Under the pieces are notes generated by a model. The model was not told the DNA's origin. It was given only the letters and a program-made list of their open reading frames with translations, and did not search any database. 64,000 bases of DNA. Origin: an uncultured Verrucomicrobiae bacterium (GTDB taxonomy: Bacteria; Verrucomicrobiota; Verrucomicrobiia; Limisphaerales; JAFGQR01). The position numbers and the translations under genes are program-made. The stretch spans positions 74,271 through 138,270 of the forward strand of contig CAWBHS010000099.1 in assembly GCA_963788655.1 (NCBI GenBank), in the 5' to 3' direction. Every line of letters begins with the position of its first letter. The stretch's first letter is position 1. Shown in pieces: positions 28,869 to 39,288 of the stretch.

Positions 28869-31609
28869 GAGGTGGACTTTCCTGCGCGGGCGGTTCCGAT
28901 GCGTAGCGAACAAGTTACCAAGACGCCCCCTCGCGGCGCGGCCTCCAGACGAACGGTGGCGCCGATGGTGGCGGCGCGGTATTGCATGGTCCGCCAGCCC
29001 ATGCCTCCATGCGCTGGTGGGCGACGGGGCAGGCCCCGGCCATCATCCTGCACCGTTAGGGTCACCCGGTTTGCCCGGTGGGCCAAATGAATCCGGATGC
29101 ATTTGGCTTGGGCGTGCCGGAGCGCGTTCTGCACGGCTTCCTGGGCGATCCGAAAGAGATGCACGGCCGTGGCGTTGTCTTGAATCCGCACCGGCTGGGG
29201 GCAGACAAAGCGGCACGCGACCGGGTAGATGTTGCTGACGCCGGCGGCCAATTCCCGCAACGCCGCCATGAGTCCATATTCATCGATGTCCACCGGCTGC
29301 AATCCGCGCGCCAGGTGTTGGGCCTGGGACAGGGCTTGATCGAGCAAGTGCGTGATACGGGCGGCATCGGCGGCTTCCGCCACACCACGTTGCGCCAATT
29401 GATCATGCAGGACCTGACTCAGGTAGGCGATGCCTCGCAAATGTTGGCTCAACCCGTCGTGCAGATCCTGGCCGAAGCGTCGCCGTTCCCGTTCGCTGAT
29501 CTCCAGGACGGCCTCTTCCAATCGCTTGCGTTCGGTTATATCGAAGATCGTGCCGGCCGCGCCAATTCGGTTTCCCGCGCGGTCGATCAGCGGAGAAGAA
29601 GTCACCGACGCCCAGAACCGCTCGCCATTGCGGCGTTGGAGCCGCACTTCCACCCCATCGCGGGGCGTCGCACCCATGGTGATGAGATCATTCACCTGGC
29701 CAATCCGCTCCAGCTCCTCCGGGGGCCAAAACACATAAGGCGTTCGCGATCCCAGTAACTCGTGAGCGCTCCAGCCAAGCATCGTGCAAAGCGCCGGGTT
29801 CACATAGATCAATCGTCCGTCCAAATCGACCGCGGCAATCCCTGCTGGAATTGAGTTTTCGACGGCGGTGCGAAACGCGTGTTCGGTGCGCAACGCTTCT
29901 TCCGCTTGATGGCGCTCGGTTTGATCAAGAATCACGCCGTCGAAATAGAGCAGCTTGCCCTCCTCATCGCTGATGGGCGTGCCCCGCTCCAACAAACAGC
30001 GCACGGCTCCATCTGGATGCCGGATGCGGTATTCCAAAGTGAAGGGGCGTTTCAGCCGGGCAGCTTCTTTCAGCAACTTCCGCACGCGCGGACGGTCTTC
30101 GGGCAACATGATCGACTCGAGCGGACAGCATTTGCCGCGCGACAGGCTTTCCGCCGGGTAACCGATAATCGCTTCGGAAGCCTTGCTGAAAAACTTGATT
30201 TGTTTGCCTTCGCGGGCGAACACGCGAAAGACGATTCCGGGCAGGTTCTCCGTCAAGGTGCGGAAGGCCAGTTCCCGTTCTTGCAGAGCCTGGTTGGCCC
30301 GGTGGCTGTCGATCGATTGCGCCAGAATGTAGGCCGCCGCTTGTAGAAAATGGATGTCGTACGCGGTGAACTGGCGTCGTTGGGTGCAATGCGCACCCAG
30401 GATGCCAAAAGGTTGAGGGTGACCGCCAATGATGACACTAACGCCGCTGACCATGCCGTGTTGCCGCAGCAAGGGCGGACAACGGAAGCGTTTTTCGGAG
30501 CGGAAGTCGTCCACAATGACCGGTCCCGCCGACCAAAGCGTGTATCCCGCCTGAGATTCGTAACCGGAACTGACTTTGGCATGGCCGACCCGACCTGGTT
30601 TCCAGCCCACGCCGGCCCGCAACCGGAGCATTTTGCCATTGGGCTGAAGCTCCAATACTTTGCAGAACTCAACCTCCAGTGTTTCCGCGAGCAGAACCAC
30701 GGCGCGGTCCAGCAGGTCGGAGAGGTTCTTGAACTCCTGGGCTTCCTGGCCCAAGCGCACCAGGGCGGCTTGTTGGTGGGAACGCTGGCGGAGCGCTTCT
30801 TCGACGCGTTTGCGGGCGGTGATGTCCTTGGAGTAACCGATCATTCCGGTCACCATCCCCTGGGCGTTTCGGAGCAGGGAAAGTGAAAGGTCGGCACAGA
30901 ATGGTTCGCCGCACTTGCGCTGCATCCAGACTTCAACGTTGTGTTGGCCTCTAGCTTTGAGCGGCTGGATCACCTCATTTTGCAGATAGGCATGTTGCTC
31001 CGGCGAGTAAACGAACGAGATGTGCTGGCCCAGGACCTCATTTGCCGGGTAGCCGAACATCCGTTCCGCCCCGCCGTTCCAACTCGTTACGTGGCCGTCC
31101 AGATCGGTGGACACGACCGCGTCGTGAATCTGGCTGATGATTTGGGCTTGCTGACGCCAAGCCTCCTCCGCCGGCAACGTTTGGCTGGGGGAGACGATTC
31201 GTCCGTCGCCGTCCACGGCCATAATCTTATCGCCGGAAAAGTTGGGATATTGTGGCGCTGCCGACCGCGCGGACACGGCCGTCCGGGACGGCGGTCGTTT
31301 GCGATCCCCCTTCAGTTCAGTAAAAGGTTGGGCGGCCTTTTCCGATTTATGCAGAGCTTGGTTGTTTCGTTTCTGATTTGGACCTTCCATTCCGGACGTG
31401 CTCCCTTCTACGGGCCAAACCCGTCGGAAGAAATCTTGGGCAATTCTGCCCGCAGAAGCAATCGGGAATTCAGAGATTGCCTTGGGGGGAAGCGGCTCGC
31501 TCGGCGTTTGGCACCCGGCCTTGTGCGGCCCCAGGTCAGTTGCGGTTGGTTCCTGGGGTGGCTCCGTTTGGACCGGATCCATCGTCGGGTTGTGAGCTTT
31601 CGCGCCCAT
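28865..31609 (-). CDS. Cytoplasmic PAS-GAF-PAS-PAS sensor histidine kinase (HisKA_3)
   Basis: ERRRFGQDLHDGLSQ, RIAQEAVQNALRHA, QDDGRGL; three PAS and one GAF; no TM. Start uncertain (31609, 31582 or further downstream). Confidence 0.92.
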   Translation of the reverse strand: MGAKAHNPTMDPVQTEPPQEPTATDLGPHKAGCQTPSEPLPPKAISEFPIASAGRIAQDFFRRVWPVEGSTSGMEGPNQKRNNQALHKSEKAAQPFTELKGDRKRPPSRTAVSARSAAPQYPNFSGDKIMAVDGDGRIVSPSQTLPAEEAWRQQAQIISQIHDAVVSTDLDGHVTSWNGGAERMFGYPANEVLGQHISFVYSPEQHAYLQNEVIQPLKARGQHNVEVWMQRKCGEPFCADLSLSLLRNAQGMVTGMIGYSKDITARKRVEEALRQRSHQQAALVRLGQEAQEFKNLSDLLDRAVVLLAETLEVEFCKVLELQPNGKMLRLRAGVGWKPGRVGHAKVSSGYESQAGYTLWSAGPVIVDDFRSEKRFRCPPLLRQHGMVSGVSVIIGGHPQPFGILGAHCTQRRQFTAYDIHFLQAAAYILAQSIDSHRANQALQERELAFRTLTENLPGIVFRVFAREGKQIKFFSKASEAIIGYPAESLSRGKCCPLESIMLPEDRPRVRKLLKEAARLKRPFTLEYRIRHPDGAVRCLLERGTPISDEEGKLLYFDGVILDQTERHQAEEALRTEHAFRTAVENSIPAGIAAVDLDGRLIYVNPALCTMLGWSAHELLGSRTPYVFWPPEELERIGQVNDLITMGATPRDGVEVRLQRRNGERFWASVTSSPLIDRAGNRIGAAGTIFDITERKRLEEAVLEISERERRRFGQDLHDGLSQHLRGIAYLSQVLHDQLAQRGVAEAADAARITHLLDQALSQAQHLARGLQPVDIDEYGLMAALRELAAGVSNIYPVACRFVCPQPVRIQDNATAVHLFRIAQEAVQNALRHAQAKCIRIHLAHRANRVTLTVQDDGRGLPRRPPAHGGMGWRTMQYRAATIGATVRLEAAPRGGVLVTCSLRIGTARAGKSTS

Positions 31610-31661
31610 CGTCGAACGGAACGTGAATTTTAAGTGGTTCTTCGGGAAAGTCCCGAGGCGA

Positions 31662-32009
31662 CTAGGATTTCTTGAAATCGCGGAGGTATTGAACCAAGGC
31701 TTTGATTTCCTCGTCGGAAAGCTTCTTGCCATAGGCCTTCATCTTCTTCCGGCCGTCTTTCTCGACACCGTCTTTGATTTTCATAACCGCCTCTGCATCC
31801 GTAAACGAAGCCTGCACCTTGGGATCGGTATAATCCACGGCGCCGAGCTTGGCTCCAATGCGGGTGGGTACGCCGTCTTTGCCATGACACTTGGCGCAGG
31901 TTTTATCCCAGGTTGCCTGGGCACTCTTCTCCGCGCCGAAACCAGCCGTTGCCCCGATGGTCGCGCAGGTGATGAATACGGTAAGGGGAATCCATTGTTG
32001 CATTTTCAT
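31662..32009 (-). CDS. Periplasmic class I monoheme cytochrome c
   Basis: Signal peptide, CAKCH, MKAYGKKLSDEEIKALVQYLR. Confidence 0.95.
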   Translation of the reverse strand: MKMQQWIPLTVFITCATIGATAGFGAEKSAQATWDKTCAKCHGKDGVPTRIGAKLGAVDYTDPKVQASFTDAEAVMKIKDGVEKDGRKKMKAYGKKLSDEEIKALVQYLRDFKKS

Positions 32010-32362
32010 ATTTTGTATCTCTGGTTCTTGAGGCTCGTGCTTCGTGCCGCATGGCTCCCAACACGTTGGGCAGTTGTTTGGTCTTGCTCGTTCGTTCGCT
32101 CGTTATCAAGTTCAGTTGCGCGCGCAAGCGGTCGCCACGTGAACGCGTCATGCGCCCGTCCGGGCGAGGGCCGTCTTGCCCCACACCTGGATTTCCTACT
32201 CGTACGCTTCCGCCGACAGCAATGCGGTCTTCGTCCGCATTGGCATTAAGGGAGATTCTTAGAGCGGATAAGGATGTGCCAATTCGACGCCTTGGCTTTC
32301 CAACCCGGCGACAATCAACTGAGCGCCAAACTGAGATTGGATCCCTTAGCCGTGACTATTCA

Positions 32363-32495
32363 GTAGGACAGGCGTCCCGCCTGTCCCGAACGAGTGCAAA
32401 CCAACAACTTGTATCACGGCGCCGTGAGTATTTCTATGTCACCAAACGGTGAGGATGCCTTCGGCTATTCGAGACAGGCGAGACGCCTATCCTAC
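32363..32495. repeat. GTAG-type REPIN (family B)
   Basis: GTAGGACAGGCGTCCCGCCTGTCC ... GAGACAGGCGAGACGCCTATCCTAC, an inverted pair. Confidence 0.85.
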
Positions 32496-32542
32496 CACGC
32501 CGAACTGCCTCATCGCAGCACCAGCCACTGAATTGATACGGC

Positions 32543-33304
32543 TTACGACGTTGGACGATTAACAGTTCCCTCAAGGAGGTTGGCCTCCTGGGCGGTGAGG
32601 GCGAGGAACGTCTGCTCAAGCGGACCTTCCGCCCCACTTTGCCGCCGCAGTTCCTCACGCGTGCCCACCGCGATCAGCCGCCCGTGGTGCATGATCCCAA
32701 TCCGGTCGGCCATTTCCTCGGCCACACTCAGTTGATGGGTGGACAGGAAGACCGTCATCCCCGCCAGGGATCGTTCCTTGAGCACGTCTTTGACCGTGCG
32801 GGCGTGATGGGGATCCAGACCGACCATTGGTTCGTCAATCACAAATACCTCGGGCTCGTGCAACAGGGCGGAGACGATGGCCACGCGCTGGCGGGTGCCA
32901 TGGGACAAGCCGTCGATGGCCTTGTTGGCAAAGGGAACCAGATTGAACCGCTCGATCAACTCACGGCCGGCCGAGGCAATTCGCGGTTCGGGCATGCGAA
33001 ACATTTGGCCCGTGAACCGCAGGAATTCCCACGCCGTCAATTTGTCATACAGAAACGGAAAATCCGGCACGTAGGCCAACCGTTTGCGGACTTCCAACGG
33101 TTCGGCCTGCACGTCGAAGCCGCCGACCCGTGCCGTGCCGGACGTGGGTTTGATCAGGCCGGTGAGGACCTTGATGGTGGTCGTTTTGCCGGCAGCGTTG
33201 GGGCCGAGCAGGGCGAAGAATTCACCCTGCGGAACCGTCAGCGACAGGTCGTTGACCGCCACCAGGTCGCCAAATTTCTTGGAGATGTTCAGCAGTTCGA
33301 TCAT
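32543..33304 (-). CDS. ABC transporter ATP-binding protein
   Basis: GPNAAGKTT, LSHGTRQRV, VIDEPMVGLDP. Confidence 0.93.
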   Translation of the reverse strand: MIELLNISKKFGDLVAVNDLSLTVPQGEFFALLGPNAAGKTTTIKVLTGLIKPTSGTARVGGFDVQAEPLEVRKRLAYVPDFPFLYDKLTAWEFLRFTGQMFRMPEPRIASAGRELIERFNLVPFANKAIDGLSHGTRQRVAIVSALLHEPEVFVIDEPMVGLDPHHARTVKDVLKERSLAGMTVFLSTHQLSVAEEMADRIGIMHHGRLIAVGTREELRRQSGAEGPLEQTFLALTAQEANLLEGTVNRPTS

Positions 33305-33312
33305 GGCAGCGA

Positions 33313-34131
33313 TTACTGAAGACCCATCAGCCCGTCATTATACAGCAGGATATGGGGTGGCAATTCGATCCGAATGATTTCGCCGACGGGGCTGATGAAC
33401 AACCGGGCCCGGTATTTGCCGAGCAACCGCACGTCCACGCGATAGACCCGCAGGCGCGCATTGCGGAACTGCAACCAATCGTTGCGCGTTTCCCATTCGA
33501 GCCCGAGCGTGGCCAGCGAAACCTGGCCCATCCCAAACGGCAGGCCCATCGTGGCCAGCACGCCCGGGGGCAGGGGCAATCCCACGTCGTTCACCAGACT
33601 TTCCAGATGCCGTGGGTCGGACAACCGGTAGTCGCGATTTACCGGTTGGCCGTCGCCGTCATGGCGGAAGTGCAACGTTTGCTGGGCGGGATTCACGCGG
33701 AGTTCCCAAACTTCCGGACGGACCCGCATCACGGCGACGAATTCTTCGAGGGCTTGATTGGTGTTCAAGCGCAGGTGCAGACTGAACTTCAAACGGCGCT
33801 CTTCGCCCAGGGACAAGTTTCCGTCCACGTCCAGCGTGTAACCCGTCAAGCGTTTGACCATGCCTTCCGGCGACCGTTCATCGGTGAGGCTTGGGCCGGT
33901 CGCGGCGGATTGGCTCACATTGGGCGCCCAAGTGCAATAGCCAATGGAAGCGTCTCGATAGGCGATGGCCAGCCGGGAGTTTTCCGGAGCCGTGAGCAGC
34001 TTGCGCCAGACGACTTCCGCCGGTACTGGGGTGGTGAAATGCCCTTGCGGGCTGAATTCCGAGCGCCACAAGAGCACGTTCATCGCGAGGAAGAACAGCG
34101 TCACGAAGGAGAAGAAAATGCGAAATCGCAT
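33313..34131 (-). CDS. Hypothetical membrane-anchored beta-rich protein
   Basis: N-terminal hydrophobic anchor. Tight operon spacing with both neighbours. Confidence 0.7.
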   Translation of the reverse strand: MRFRIFFSFVTLFFLAMNVLLWRSEFSPQGHFTTPVPAEVVWRKLLTAPENSRLAIAYRDASIGYCTWAPNVSQSAATGPSLTDERSPEGMVKRLTGYTLDVDGNLSLGEERRLKFSLHLRLNTNQALEEFVAVMRVRPEVWELRVNPAQQTLHFRHDGDGQPVNRDYRLSDPRHLESLVNDVGLPLPPGVLATMGLPFGMGQVSLATLGLEWETRNDWLQFRNARLRVYRVDVRLLGKYRARLFISPVGEIIRIELPPHILLYNDGLMGLQ

Positions 34132-34138
34132 GCCGGAG

Positions 34139-34924
34139 CTAAGGAATATTCACCGACTGCCCGACGAGCATGTGCCGGGGATCCAATCCCGGATTGGCGG
34201 CCCGCAACGCGGAGAGCGAAACCCGATAGCGTCGCGACAACGCCATGAGGGTTTCGCCTTTCTTGATGCGATGGATCTTCTTCGTACCGGGGGCGGAGGC
34301 AGCTTCGTCAGTCGATGAACGTGACTCGTTGCGATTCGACCGCGTCCGATGGTTCGCACTGGCGCGTTCCGAGTCAGGATCGTGGTTACGGGTGGTGGAC
34401 GCTCCATCCGTTTGCCGGGGCGCATAAGTTTGCTGGAGCCGGACGCTGTTGCGTTTCCACCAGTCGGCCCAGCCTTCCAGGTATTGCCGCAACTGTTGGT
34501 TCTCTTTGCGGAGCCGCTCGATCTCGCGCATGGCCGTCGGATTCAACGTGGCCAGGGTATCGTCCTTGAGCATTTCCAATTTGCAGCCCGGAATGCGTTG
34601 CCGGGCGTTTTGCGCGGGATAGGCGTTGTGCGGGCGCAACTTGAGCACCTTGCTGTAGTGGTAAATGGCGGCCGGGTAGTCATTCTCGTGCTGCTCGTAC
34701 AGCACCCCCAATTCGTAATGCGCCAGCGCGGATCGCGGATTGACTTCCAACGCTTTTTCGAAGGCCTCGATGGCGCCTTTGTAATCACGCGCCGCCGCGC
34801 GATCTTTGCCCGCCACAAAATACGGGTTCTTTTCCTCGTCCTGGGTGCTGGCAGTGGGAAAACACCCGCCCAGGAAGAGGCTCATCGCCAGCAAGGCGGC
34901 GCCGAACCACGATTTAAAAACCAT
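34139..34924 (-). CDS. TPR + LysM domain lipoprotein
   Basis: Lipobox LGGC, TPRs (AIEAFEKALEVNPRSALAHYELG), LysM HRIKKGETL..LSRRY...NPGL. Confidence 0.9.
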   Translation of the reverse strand: MVFKSWFGAALLAMSLFLGGCFPTASTQDEEKNPYFVAGKDRAAARDYKGAIEAFEKALEVNPRSALAHYELGVLYEQHENDYPAAIYHYSKVLKLRPHNAYPAQNARQRIPGCKLEMLKDDTLATLNPTAMREIERLRKENQQLRQYLEGWADWWKRNSVRLQQTYAPRQTDGASTTRNHDPDSERASANHRTRSNRNESRSSTDEAASAPGTKKIHRIKKGETLMALSRRYRVSLSALRAANPGLDPRHMLVGQSVNIP

Positions 34925-35170
34925 GGCAAAACCCTAAACAAACCGGAGGCACCGTGCAATGATGGGTTGCGGAAAAGAGCGTTTGAAGCCCAAAATCAAA
35001 AGGCCGATATCCGAACGGAAGCCGAAATCCTAACTTGGCGTAGCCAGCACCAAAAACTCCAATTCGCGTTAAAATATTTGCGAAACGATTACTGCTGGAT
35101 GGAGCGGTTCCGGTGATGGGGAACAACCGGGACGGCTATCGTGCATCGCATTCACCTCCCGTCCGGGAAG

Positions 35171-35929
35171 TTAGCCACCACTTCGCACTGGCGGCTTCGG
35201 ATGGGTGGAAAGAGCGGCGGACGACAGCAGACTGCGGATTTCAGCGGCGGTCAACACGCGCCATTTGCCGGGCGGCAACTCGCCCAGCTTGATCGGGCCA
35301 ATGCGAATTCGGCGCAAGGCCTCCACCGTCAGGCCCAGCGCGGTGAACATCCGGCGGACTTCACGATACTTGCCCTCCCGGAGCATCAGTTCGACGACGC
35401 TGTGGGTATTGTTGGCTTCCAACAAGCGCGTCTGCTCGGCCTTCAGAAAATCTCCCTGGTCACGGAGGCCCCGGGTCAACGGCTGCAGGACAGCCGCTTC
35501 CACCCGGCCGGCCACAACCGCGACATAGGTCTTGTGCATGCCATAGCGGGGATGCGTCAGGCGCAGACAGAATTCACCATCATTGGTGAGTAAGAGCAAT
35601 CCCTCGGTGTCGCGATCCAACCGGCCAACGGGATACAAGTCCGACCATTCCTCTGGCAGCAGCTTGAAGACGGTGCGCCGTCCTTCCGGGTCGCGGCGCG
35701 TGCAAATGTAGCCGCGGGGTTTGTGGAGTGCCACATACAGCCGGCGTTTGGCCCGGACCGGATCGCCATTGACGGCCACCCGGTCATGTTCGGGATCGAC
35801 TTGGGAGCCCAAGGCCGTGACGGCGTGGCCATTGACAGTTACGCGCCCCTCGACAATCAGACGTTCGCTCGCGCGGCGCGAGGCCACGCCGGCTTGAGCC
35901 AAGTATTTTTGCAGACGCATGGTTGCCAT
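35171..35929 (-). CDS. rRNA pseudouridine synthase (RluB/RsuA family)
   Basis: S4 domain RLQKYLAQAGVASRR, GRLDRDTEGLLLLTNDG. Confidence 0.94.
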   Translation of the reverse strand: MATMRLQKYLAQAGVASRRASERLIVEGRVTVNGHAVTALGSQVDPEHDRVAVNGDPVRAKRRLYVALHKPRGYICTRRDPEGRRTVFKLLPEEWSDLYPVGRLDRDTEGLLLLTNDGEFCLRLTHPRYGMHKTYVAVVAGRVEAAVLQPLTRGLRDQGDFLKAEQTRLLEANNTHSVVELMLREGKYREVRRMFTALGLTVEALRRIRIGPIKLGELPPGKWRVLTAAEIRSLLSSAALSTHPKPPVRSGG

Positions 35930-35961
35930 AGTCTTGTCGCTCTCCGCGGGTTGATCCGCCG

Positions 35962-36717
35962 CTAAAGTGTGCGCACCCGGATCTCCTTGAAACGCATCCG
36001 CAGTTCGTCACCGGTGTGCAGTTGCAGGGCGAAATGGCCCACGCGACCGACGTTGTGTTTGACGTGCGCGGCATTGTCCAGCACCCCCTGGCCGTTCCAA
36101 TCGGTCATAACCACGCCGTTGAGGAGCGTCTTGATGTGGGTTCCCTGGCAGACGAGCGTGAGTTCATTCCATCCGTCGCCGTCTTCGGCATACTTGAACA
36201 CGTAGTGCGCCGGCTTGAATCGGGGCTCCATCGCCGAGTTTTTGAGGCTGGGAGAAATCCACCGGCGTTCTTCGCGCGTCTCGTCGTAGATGAGCCCGGT
36301 GCGCCAGGACATGGGCGGCGGCGGATGGATGTCCACCTGCGGACCGTCCAACCAGCCGCCATTGGCGGTCGGATCAAACCGGCTGCGGAATTGCAAGCCG
36401 CTGTTGCCGGGGCAATCCTTGTAAGCTTGGAATTTAAGCTGCAACTCGAAGTCGCCGAACTCCGCGTCGCTCAGCAGCCAGACATAGTTGTGGTTTTTAC
36501 GCCCCATCGAATCGCAAAGGATTGTGCCCTGGTCCACCTTCCAAAAAGATTTGCCCAGGTCCTGGGGTTGGCATTTGACGGTCCACCCGGAAAGATCGTG
36601 GCCGTTGAATAGTGGCGTCCACTGGTCCGGCGGCGTTTCAGCGAAGGCCGTCACCGCGAGCGACAAACTGGCAAACAAGCGCAACGAGTAACGGAATGGT
36701 GGGCGAGGTGACTTCAT
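35962..36717 (-). CDS. DUF1080 / 3-keto-disaccharide hydrolase family protein
   Basis: WTPLFNGHDLSGW, NSGLQFRS, GHFALQLH...RFKEIRV. Confidence 0.92.
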   Translation of the reverse strand: MKSPRPPFRYSLRLFASLSLAVTAFAETPPDQWTPLFNGHDLSGWTVKCQPQDLGKSFWKVDQGTILCDSMGRKNHNYVWLLSDAEFGDFELQLKFQAYKDCPGNSGLQFRSRFDPTANGGWLDGPQVDIHPPPPMSWRTGLIYDETREERRWISPSLKNSAMEPRFKPAHYVFKYAEDGDGWNELTLVCQGTHIKTLLNGVVMTDWNGQGVLDNAAHVKHNVGRVGHFALQLHTGDELRMRFKEIRVRTL

Positions 36718-36810
36718 GAGTGTTTCGTTTTTTCGGTGAAGTTAGCGTCAGTGGTGGCATCGCGTAAAGTGAACTCTGCGGCTGATGGTTGCTCAACCCC
36801 GAGTCAGCAT

Positions 36811-36981
36811 GGTAGGGCAAGACTCCGTCGAGCCCTGACTTCCCCGGGGTGCGTTCGCCAATGGAATGCCAAGCAAAGGGAGATCTTTGATGTTCGAATA
36901 CTGATGACTTTCCGCGTTAACCCCGCCGGGGCGATTGAAACGATGCGAGAAAGTCAGGACTCGACGGAGTCTCGTCCCACC
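36811..36981. repeat. GGTAG-type REPIN-like element (family C)
   Basis: GGTAGGGCAAGACTCCGTCGAGCCCTGACT ... AGTCAGGACTCGACGGAGTCTCGTCCCACC, inverted arms. Confidence 0.85.
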
Positions 36982-37063
36982 GGGGCGCTGCCTTGCGCTG
37001 CCTTGAATACGCCTCCCCACGATGCCGTCAGACCAGCAGAATCAACAACGCAATTCGGAGGAC

Positions 37064-37783
37064 ATGATGATGATGCGGATTTGCTATGCGGTTATGATGG
37101 TGGCGATCTTCGCCGGCAGCACTTGGGCGGCTGAGCGCCCCACGTTCAATGATAAAGATTTCCAGGAACAAATCCGTTCCCTGAAAAACGAGCACCGGGC
37201 TGAGGAACGACAGCGTCGCGCCCACGGCATGATTCCGGGCCATCGGTTTTCCAGCCAACAAGTCAAGGCCATCGCGGCGCAGTTGAAGGATGACGCGGCG
37301 CGTCTCGATTTTGCCACGGCAGCCTATCCGCTTACGGTGGATCCGGAGAATTTCTATGACGTGTACGATGCGTTCACCACGTTTTCTCACGTCATGCGGC
37401 TGCACGACCGCATTCAGTCCCGGCACCGACCGGCTACGGCTCCGGTGGTAATGGTGCCGCGGGTCATTTCGGATGACGATATGAAGGACATCCTTGGCGC
37501 GATTCGGAAGGAGTCCTTCGACAACACTAAAATGCAACTGGCCCGGCAGATCGTGGGCAGCAGTCGAGGCAATTTCCTGTCACGCCAAATCAAGGAGCTC
37601 TGCGCTTGTTTTTCGTTCGACAACGCCCGGTTGGAATTCGCCAAGTTCGCCTACGACTACACGCTCGACCAGGAGAAGTATTTTCTGGTGAACGACGCCT
37701 TCAGCTTCACCAGCAACAAAGAAGTCTTGTCGCGCTACGTCGAGTCCCGGAAACAGGACCCGCCGGCTGGCCGCCGACGTTGA
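37064..37783 (+). CDS. Secreted protein with tandem DUF4476-like domains
   Basis: GGAGGA RBS and signal peptide. Two repeats: F.S.Q(V/I)K...D.ARL(D/E)FA..AY..T.D.E.(F/Y)..V.DAF. Confidence 0.8.
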   Translation: MMMMRICYAVMMVAIFAGSTWAAERPTFNDKDFQEQIRSLKNEHRAEERQRRAHGMIPGHRFSSQQVKAIAAQLKDDAARLDFATAAYPLTVDPENFYDVYDAFTTFSHVMRLHDRIQSRHRPATAPVVMVPRVISDDDMKDILGAIRKESFDNTKMQLARQIVGSSRGNFLSRQIKELCACFSFDNARLEFAKFAYDYTLDQEKYFLVNDAFSFTSNKEVLSRYVESRKQDPPAGRRR

Positions 37784-37866
37784 TGAGCTAGGAACGCGTA
37801 AAAAAACTGGGCACGCGAGGAGGGAATCTCTTCCTTCTCCTTGCACATGACCTTGGTCATTGTTCG

Positions 37867-39168
37867 CTACGGTTTGGACACCAAACGGAAAAACCGTGGC
37901 GGTCCTGAGAGCGGAACGATCAGCGATTGACTGCCACCCGCAAACGCTGCCGCACCCGATACGGGGCTCCAGTCCTCGGCCGACAGACTGCTGGCGGATT
38001 GGAGGACGACATTGGAGGCTTCGGCCCGCCATTCAACCAATGCGGTTTCTCCCAGCCGGCGAATCTGCAACCGGGGCGACGACGCGAGCAAGACCGGCAC
38101 CTCAAACGTCTCCTCGTTCCTGAGTAACTTGGCCTCCTGGGCGTCGTAAATGGTGGCCCATCGTGCCGCCGACGCCGAGGTGGAAGGGTGACTGGCTTTC
38201 ACCAACAGCAAATGATCGTAGTTGTTGAAGCCGGCGTCCCAGGCGAATTGCACCCGGCCAGCCGGGTCGGTGCGCTGATCAACGATCAATTCACTTTCGT
38301 AGGGCGGGAAACTTCGAACCTTCCATACCTTGACAAGGGCGCCGGCCAGCGGGGTCCCGGTCACGGTGTCAGCCACCAGCACTCGAGTTCGACTGAGCTC
38401 GGGCAATGTGCTGTTCAGCGACCACCGCACGCGCGCATTGATCACTGCCGCCGTGACGTCCGCGAAACGCACCTGGGTCATCAGGTTCGAATAGGTCGAG
38501 GCCGTTTGAAAAAGGGTGAGCGGATCAGCGAGATAATCGGCGTGCATTGACCAAAACGGATCGTCGGGTTGCCTGAAGTCAATCGAGACTTGCGGCAAGT
38601 CCGGCGTGGGATCATTCACTGTGAGCAGGTTGTAATACTCCCCGACTCCGGCCCCGAAGATATGTTCGATCTCGTGGATCAAATGGTGCAACTGGCGGCA
38701 ATACTCCAGCAGTCCGTCCGAACTCGCTTGGTTTTTCAGTGCCGATCGGTCATGTACCGCATCCCAATGGAGGTCTGCCGCCACGCCGGCGCAACTGTCA
38801 TCGAACGCCATGAATCCACCGTAGCTGGTGAAGCCCGGCAGACTGGATGGCAGCACGTGCGCCCAGATTTCATAGTTCGGATCGGAACAATTCCCGGCAT
38901 GGCCGCTGTAAGGAAGTCCGGCGGTGATCGTCACGTCCGCGGTGGGATCGAACGTAAAACGCCGGATGGTTTGTTTGGCGAAAATAGTATTCAGATCCTC
39001 GACATACAACGCGAGCCGGCGCTGCAATTCACCGGGGGAAAGCCCGTTCGCCAGGTCGGGGTGCAGGAAGAATCGGAAGCGATGCCATTGGAGATGCTCT
39101 TGCGCCACCGCTTCCTGAAAAAGCAGCATGCTCAAGATTATCACAATCCATGTTCGCGCTATCTTCAC
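37867..39168 (-). CDS. Secreted putative zinc metalloprotease with verrucomicrobial C-terminal domain
   Basis: Signal peptide from GTG 39168 (ORF open to 39279), LIHEIEHIFGAG HExxH motif, carboxypeptidase-regulatory-like domain, PRFFRLV tail. Confidence 0.7.
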   Translation of the reverse strand: MKIARTWIVIILSMLLFQEAVAQEHLQWHRFRFFLHPDLANGLSPGELQRRLALYVEDLNTIFAKQTIRRFTFDPTADVTITAGLPYSGHAGNCSDPNYEIWAHVLPSSLPGFTSYGGFMAFDDSCAGVAADLHWDAVHDRSALKNQASSDGLLEYCRQLHHLIHEIEHIFGAGVGEYYNLLTVNDPTPDLPQVSIDFRQPDDPFWSMHADYLADPLTLFQTASTYSNLMTQVRFADVTAAVINARVRWSLNSTLPELSRTRVLVADTVTGTPLAGALVKVWKVRSFPPYESELIVDQRTDPAGRVQFAWDAGFNNYDHLLLVKASHPSTSASAARWATIYDAQEAKLLRNEETFEVPVLLASSPRLQIRRLGETALVEWRAEASNVVLQSASSLSAEDWSPVSGAAAFAGGSQSLIVPLSGPPRFFRLVSKP

Positions 39169-39288
39169 CGTTTGGACCCGCAAGCGGAGCCTTCTTGTAG
39201 GCGGAGAATGGAAGCCGGTGCAAGCGCAAAACGGCGAAACTACGATGTGACGGTGTGCTGACGAAAGGCCACTCGACATTCCGACTTA

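Noticed and set aside
32267..32281. Sigma54-like TGGCAC on the minus strand upstream of the cytochrome c gene
   Set aside because: The -12 dinucleotide is TC rather than GC at the required spacing.
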